Shown piece by piece: positions 61,701 through 64,000 of a stretch of 64,000 bases of DNA (positions within the stretch are counted from its first letter, which is position 1; each line of letters begins with the position of its first letter). The stretch comes from Polyangiales bacterium (GTDB lineage: Bacteria > Myxococcota_A > Polyangia > Polyangiales > Polyangiaceae). The stretch covers positions 320,001-384,000 of the forward strand of contig JBBRLQ010000001.1 in the NCBI GenBank assembly GCA_038231275.1, given 5' to 3'. A model generated the notes under the pieces. It was not told the DNA's origin, did no database searches, and saw only the letters and a list, made by a program, of their open reading frames with translations. Position numbers and translations under genes: made by a program.

Positions 61701-62343
61701 CGACGGCGCGCACGGTCGTGAGGCGCCCCGACGCGTACACGAAATGGACATGATTTCCCCAGGAATCCTGGATCGCGCGGATCATTGCGGGACCGCCGGG
61801 CGCGAGCGGCGAGAACGTTCGTGTGATGCGCGTCGTCAGGTCCTGCACTTCGTACCGATCGTCCGCGCCGCGCGTGATCGAAAGGTGCTTGCCGCGCACG
61901 ATGACCGTCGCGCCAGCCGCCACGTCGGGGAGTGGTTGGTTGCGCCCGGTGGGGCCGCGCAGGACGAGCACGTGGTCGACGACCGCGATCCACTGGTGCA
62001 GCTCGTGCGTCCACCCGCCGCGCCCGAGCGGTGACGTCTCGTCCGCGAGCGCCGAAAAGTACATGCGCCGCCAGGCGACGGGGATCGGACCGGGCAGCGC
62101 GAGCTCCAGCGCGTCGTCGATCACTTGGCCGCTGATCACCTCGACCGGGTGACCCTCTCCTCGGCACTCGGTCCCTTCCTCGTCTGCGTCGCCGCCCGCG
62201 CCCTTGGCGCCCGACATGCCCGCTCCACCACCTTGCACGAGAGCATCGTTGGTCTGCGCGACAGAGCCCGCTTGGACGTTGTTGGTCGTCCGAGTCCCCG
62301 TGGTGGCCGGGGTCTTGCCCCCTTGAGCATCGACTTTCGCCAT
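58726..62343 (-). CDS. Rhs/YD-repeat polymorphic toxin (DUF6531 + Rhs core + C-terminal toxin)
   Basis: GHPVEVISG..LGRGGWTH; many YD repeats; DHLGTP; GQYFDDETGL; PDPLGL..DPLGL; 124-aa tip. Confidence 0.95.
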   Translation of the reverse strand: MAKVDAQGGKTPATTGTRTTNNVQAGSVAQTNDALVQGGGAGMSGAKGAGGDADEEGTECRGEGHPVEVISGQVIDDALELALPGPIPVAWRRMYFSALADETSPLGRGGWTHELHQWIAVVDHVLVLRGPTGRNQPLPDVAAGATVIVRGKHLSITRGADDRYEVQDLTTRITRTFSPLAPGGPAMIRAIQDSWGNHVHFVYASGRLTTVRAVGRELRLTHDARGNILRVGAWAEGGEHQAVVYAYTPRGELTRATDALGHAEHFAYDALHRMVKTTLKNGVSFYYSYDDETGRCVHTWGDGGLHDVELTYDLKAGVTVAAGEHVRVYTWANGALLKESTPDGDLATEYTYDADKLILTEKNAAGEAWEYGYDERGNRVKAIDPAGNETISVYRGDLLVRRISPEGHVTTWTYNAQGAPLEVHAPTGESFQIGYDGAGHLTYVYGGDGMLASYAFDEKQNLVKETDARGASMAYTYDPLGRPLTQTDALNRVTRVEYDEMGRPLVITRPDGTRVQLGYDALGNVARQVDAMGRVTRMEYAGTGVLVRQVLPNGLTWTFGYDGTERLRTITNPKKEVYEFAYDRGSRVIEERTFDGRTLTFGYDKSGNLRRVDYPDETFREFAYDPLGNIVEETSSHGPQKYTRDKQGRLLEASVIEHSGKTTVKLERDPLGRVIAEVQNGLAVKATLDARGRRASRELPAGETTKYSYDRAGSLLGVDHDGHKVAITRDALGRETRRQSAKALVDIVSTYDALDRLESRIAKSASRTGEEAQRVLTERKWSYDANGRVTGIDDSRWGKTRYAYDEVGQLIEAQRGKRHEVFYYDGAGSLSAVVEGLTSRASPWTLAEGNVLLQTEEGSLEYDARRRRVSETSADGKVTTYWWDCRDRLREVELPDGTRALYTYDAFGRRVRKDLVPASDEALKIEPERVRTVSFLWDGDVLAQEIDSERGKRVFVHGARGSFAPILQEEQGEVFTYVVDHLGTPKELVDASGRMAWSAAQAAWGTVTATWREPGAKAVESPFRLLGQYFDDETGLAYTRFRYFDALRGRWVSPDPLGLDGGLNLSGFDGSPTHRVDPLGLSCAQSRINLANGRTRFTPRRDNGQPVSAGWEHVREGHFDRPAANNRSVFTVPEADIRAVLQSNAVVSAPVQPIAMGQDVAFQRTVDLGAGNIIGQSSLNNGGGATSVITVITDSHGNLITAFPV

Positions 62344-62654
62344 CAGCCGATGATGATCTTCGCGTTGACCATCATGGTGACCAAATCGTGGAGCGGCGCA
62401 GGTTGCGACGGCGCGTTGCCCGGAGGCGTGATCTCCAGGGTGCTGCCCTCGAGCACCATCGGGCCGCCGGCGATCGTCACCTTCGACGCGGTCTGCTTCG
62501 CGGACTGCGAGTCCGCCATGTACGGGAACGGCGCTGGAACGCCAGGGGGCGTCGCCGGTGTCATCGGCGGAATGTTGCTGACCGCCGGCGGACCGACCGC
62601 CATGTGATGGGTCGTCGTAGAGGCAACGTTCTTACCGCCGATGGTCGTGCCCAT
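62343..62654 (-). CDS. N-terminal portion of a DUF4150 (PAAR-like) domain
   Basis: GAGGGG RBS; VGPP..PAPFPY..KVTIAGGP..GS pattern; TGATG overlap with Rhs. Confidence 0.6.
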   Translation of the reverse strand: MGTTIGGKNVASTTTHHMAVGPPAVSNIPPMTPATPPGVPAPFPYMADSQSAKQTASKVTIAGGPMVLEGSTLEITPPGNAPSQPAPLHDLVTMMVNAKIIIG

Positions 62655-62789
62655 GTTCTTCCCCTCGCATGCGCTCCCGTGGCGGACTCACCGGCTCACG
62701 GAGAGGCTGCCACGGCTCGCGCGGCTTCGCCAGCCAGCGAGCCGTCAGCCAAACGGATGACAAAGGCGAGAGAAGCGAGAGAAGCGAGG

Positions 62790-64000
62790 CTACAAATTCC
62801 GCACGCGAGGCGGAGCGAGCACGACGTGCTCGACCTCGATTTCGTCTTCCACGCAGAGATTCTGCAACTCCACACGTACGCGCGGATCCGCGCATTGCTC
62901 GGCGGCGACGCGGAGGCGCGCGCGCGTCTCGGGGCCGCCGCTCGCGACCAGCGCCGCCGCGGCCGTGCAGCGCGCGGTGCTCTCGATGGACGGCCCTTCG
63001 ACGAGCGACCAGAGCTGCTCGGCGGAGAGTGCGGTCGCGCGGTAGTCGCCGGCGCCGTGCGCCGCGCGCGTCAGCACTTCGCGCGAGGCCGCGTTCACGA
63101 AGTCCGTCGTCGGGTCTCGTCGCTCTTCGCGGGCGCGCTGGATCGATCCGCGGAGCCGCTCGAGGACGGCCTCCCGCCTCGCGGCGTCGCTCCCGTGCAG
63201 CTGAAGACGGAGGGCGACGCGGGGCCCTCGGACGAGCACGATGTCGTCCCCCTTCGGATGCGCGTAGTCGAGGTCGCGGTACGCGAAGAAGCGCGTGCGC
63301 GAGCTGCCCGTGACGAACACCCCGTCGAGGCCGATCGCGATGCGCGACGCGCGGCGGAAGAGCGCAGCGCCGCCGAGCGCGACGACGACGTACCCCACGA
63401 GCGCCGCCATCACGCGCGGATCGTGGAAGAACGTGCGCGTGGAGACGGACGCGAGGCCGACGACCATCGCCGCAGTGAGCGCCATCATCGCCCCCACGGC
63501 CGCGCGCGTCTCGTGCGTGACCGCGACGGCGTCGAACGAGATCTCGTCCCCCGCGACGTCGGCGTTCTGCGGATCCGCCTCGTCGACGACGGGCGCGACC
63601 ATCGCGTCGACACCGGCGCGCGTCAGCGCGGTCCAACCGATCGCCGCGATCGCCGCGGGAATGCCCCACAGCGCCAGCATCGCGATCGTCGCCGACGCCG
63701 GGCCCGACGCCGCCCCGCCAGGGAGATCGTACCCAGTCCATACGACCCACGCTGCCGCCAGCGCTGCGGGAATCGCCGTCAGCGCGCGCGTCGCCGACGG
63801 GTGCGCCGCCATCCACATCCGCGGCGCCGCGAGCGGATCACGGTTCCCCGCCCGCACGCGCGCGCGGACGACGGTGCGCGCCGCGAAGCCGAGGAGCGCT
63901 ACCGCCGTCGCGCCGAGCAGGACGAAGACGCAGCCCGCCACTGCGCTGGTCGTCGCGTGCCCCAACCGATCGACGAGGAGCTGCACGACGGGCCAATCAT
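62790..64000 (-). CDS. Hypothetical membrane protein (5' end probably outside the window)
   Basis: Frame open to the window end; about five TM helices; IGLDGVFV beta-rich domain; helical C-terminus. Confidence 0.7.
   Translation of the reverse strand, partial: DWPVVQLLVDRLGHATTSAVAGCVFVLLGATAVALLGFAARTVVRARVRAGNRDPLAAPRMWMAAHPSATRALTAIPAALAAAWVVWTGYDLPGGAASGPASATIAMLALWGIPAAIAAIGWTALTRAGVDAMVAPVVDEADPQNADVAGDEISFDAVAVTHETRAAVGAMMALTAAMVVGLASVSTRTFFHDPRVMAALVGYVVVALGGAALFRRASRIAIGLDGVFVTGSSRTRFFAYRDLDYAHPKGDDIVLVRGPRVALRLQLHGSDAARREAVLERLRGSIQRAREERRDPTTDFVNAASREVLTRAAHGAGDYRATALSAEQLWSLVEGPSIESTARCTAAAALVASGGPETRARLRVAAEQCADPRVRVELQNLCVEDEIEVEHVVLAPPRVRNL

Noticed and set aside
62766-62788. 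GCGAGAGAA tandem repeat
   Set aside because: Short intergenic duplication; not a CRISPR or iteron array.

Overview
A 64 kb, very GC-rich chromosomal window, most likely from a myxobacterium (Myxococcota, probably Polyangiales; inferred from two MYXO-CTERM tails, three eukaryotic-type Ser/Thr kinases, a PilZ protein, an FHA protein and many Cys/Gly/Ser-rich lipoproteins). Core content: gltBD, rnj, an RNase E/G-family gene, SRP RNA, two tRNA-Ser genes, sdhCAB, aceK, cyclophilin, an SOD-family gene, osmC, pirin and an ABC exporter pair. No CRISPR array, integrase or transposase was recognised. Most notable: (1) an NrtR-type regulator with a GT-N7-AC operator in its own promoter, followed by a full-length nicotinate phosphoribosyltransferase (PncB) homolog that has lost essentially every recognisable catalytic motif (candidate pseudoenzyme); (2) a Cys-rich lipoprotein ending in a phage-type intramolecular chaperone (peptidase S74-like) domain; (3) a DUF4150(PAAR-like)/DUF6531-Rhs toxin with an unassigned C-terminal toxin domain and a Zn-ribbon candidate immunity gene; (4) widespread leaderless promoter architecture; (5) several apparent single-base lesions that may be real or assembly errors. 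All calls come from reading motifs by eye; no database search was run.
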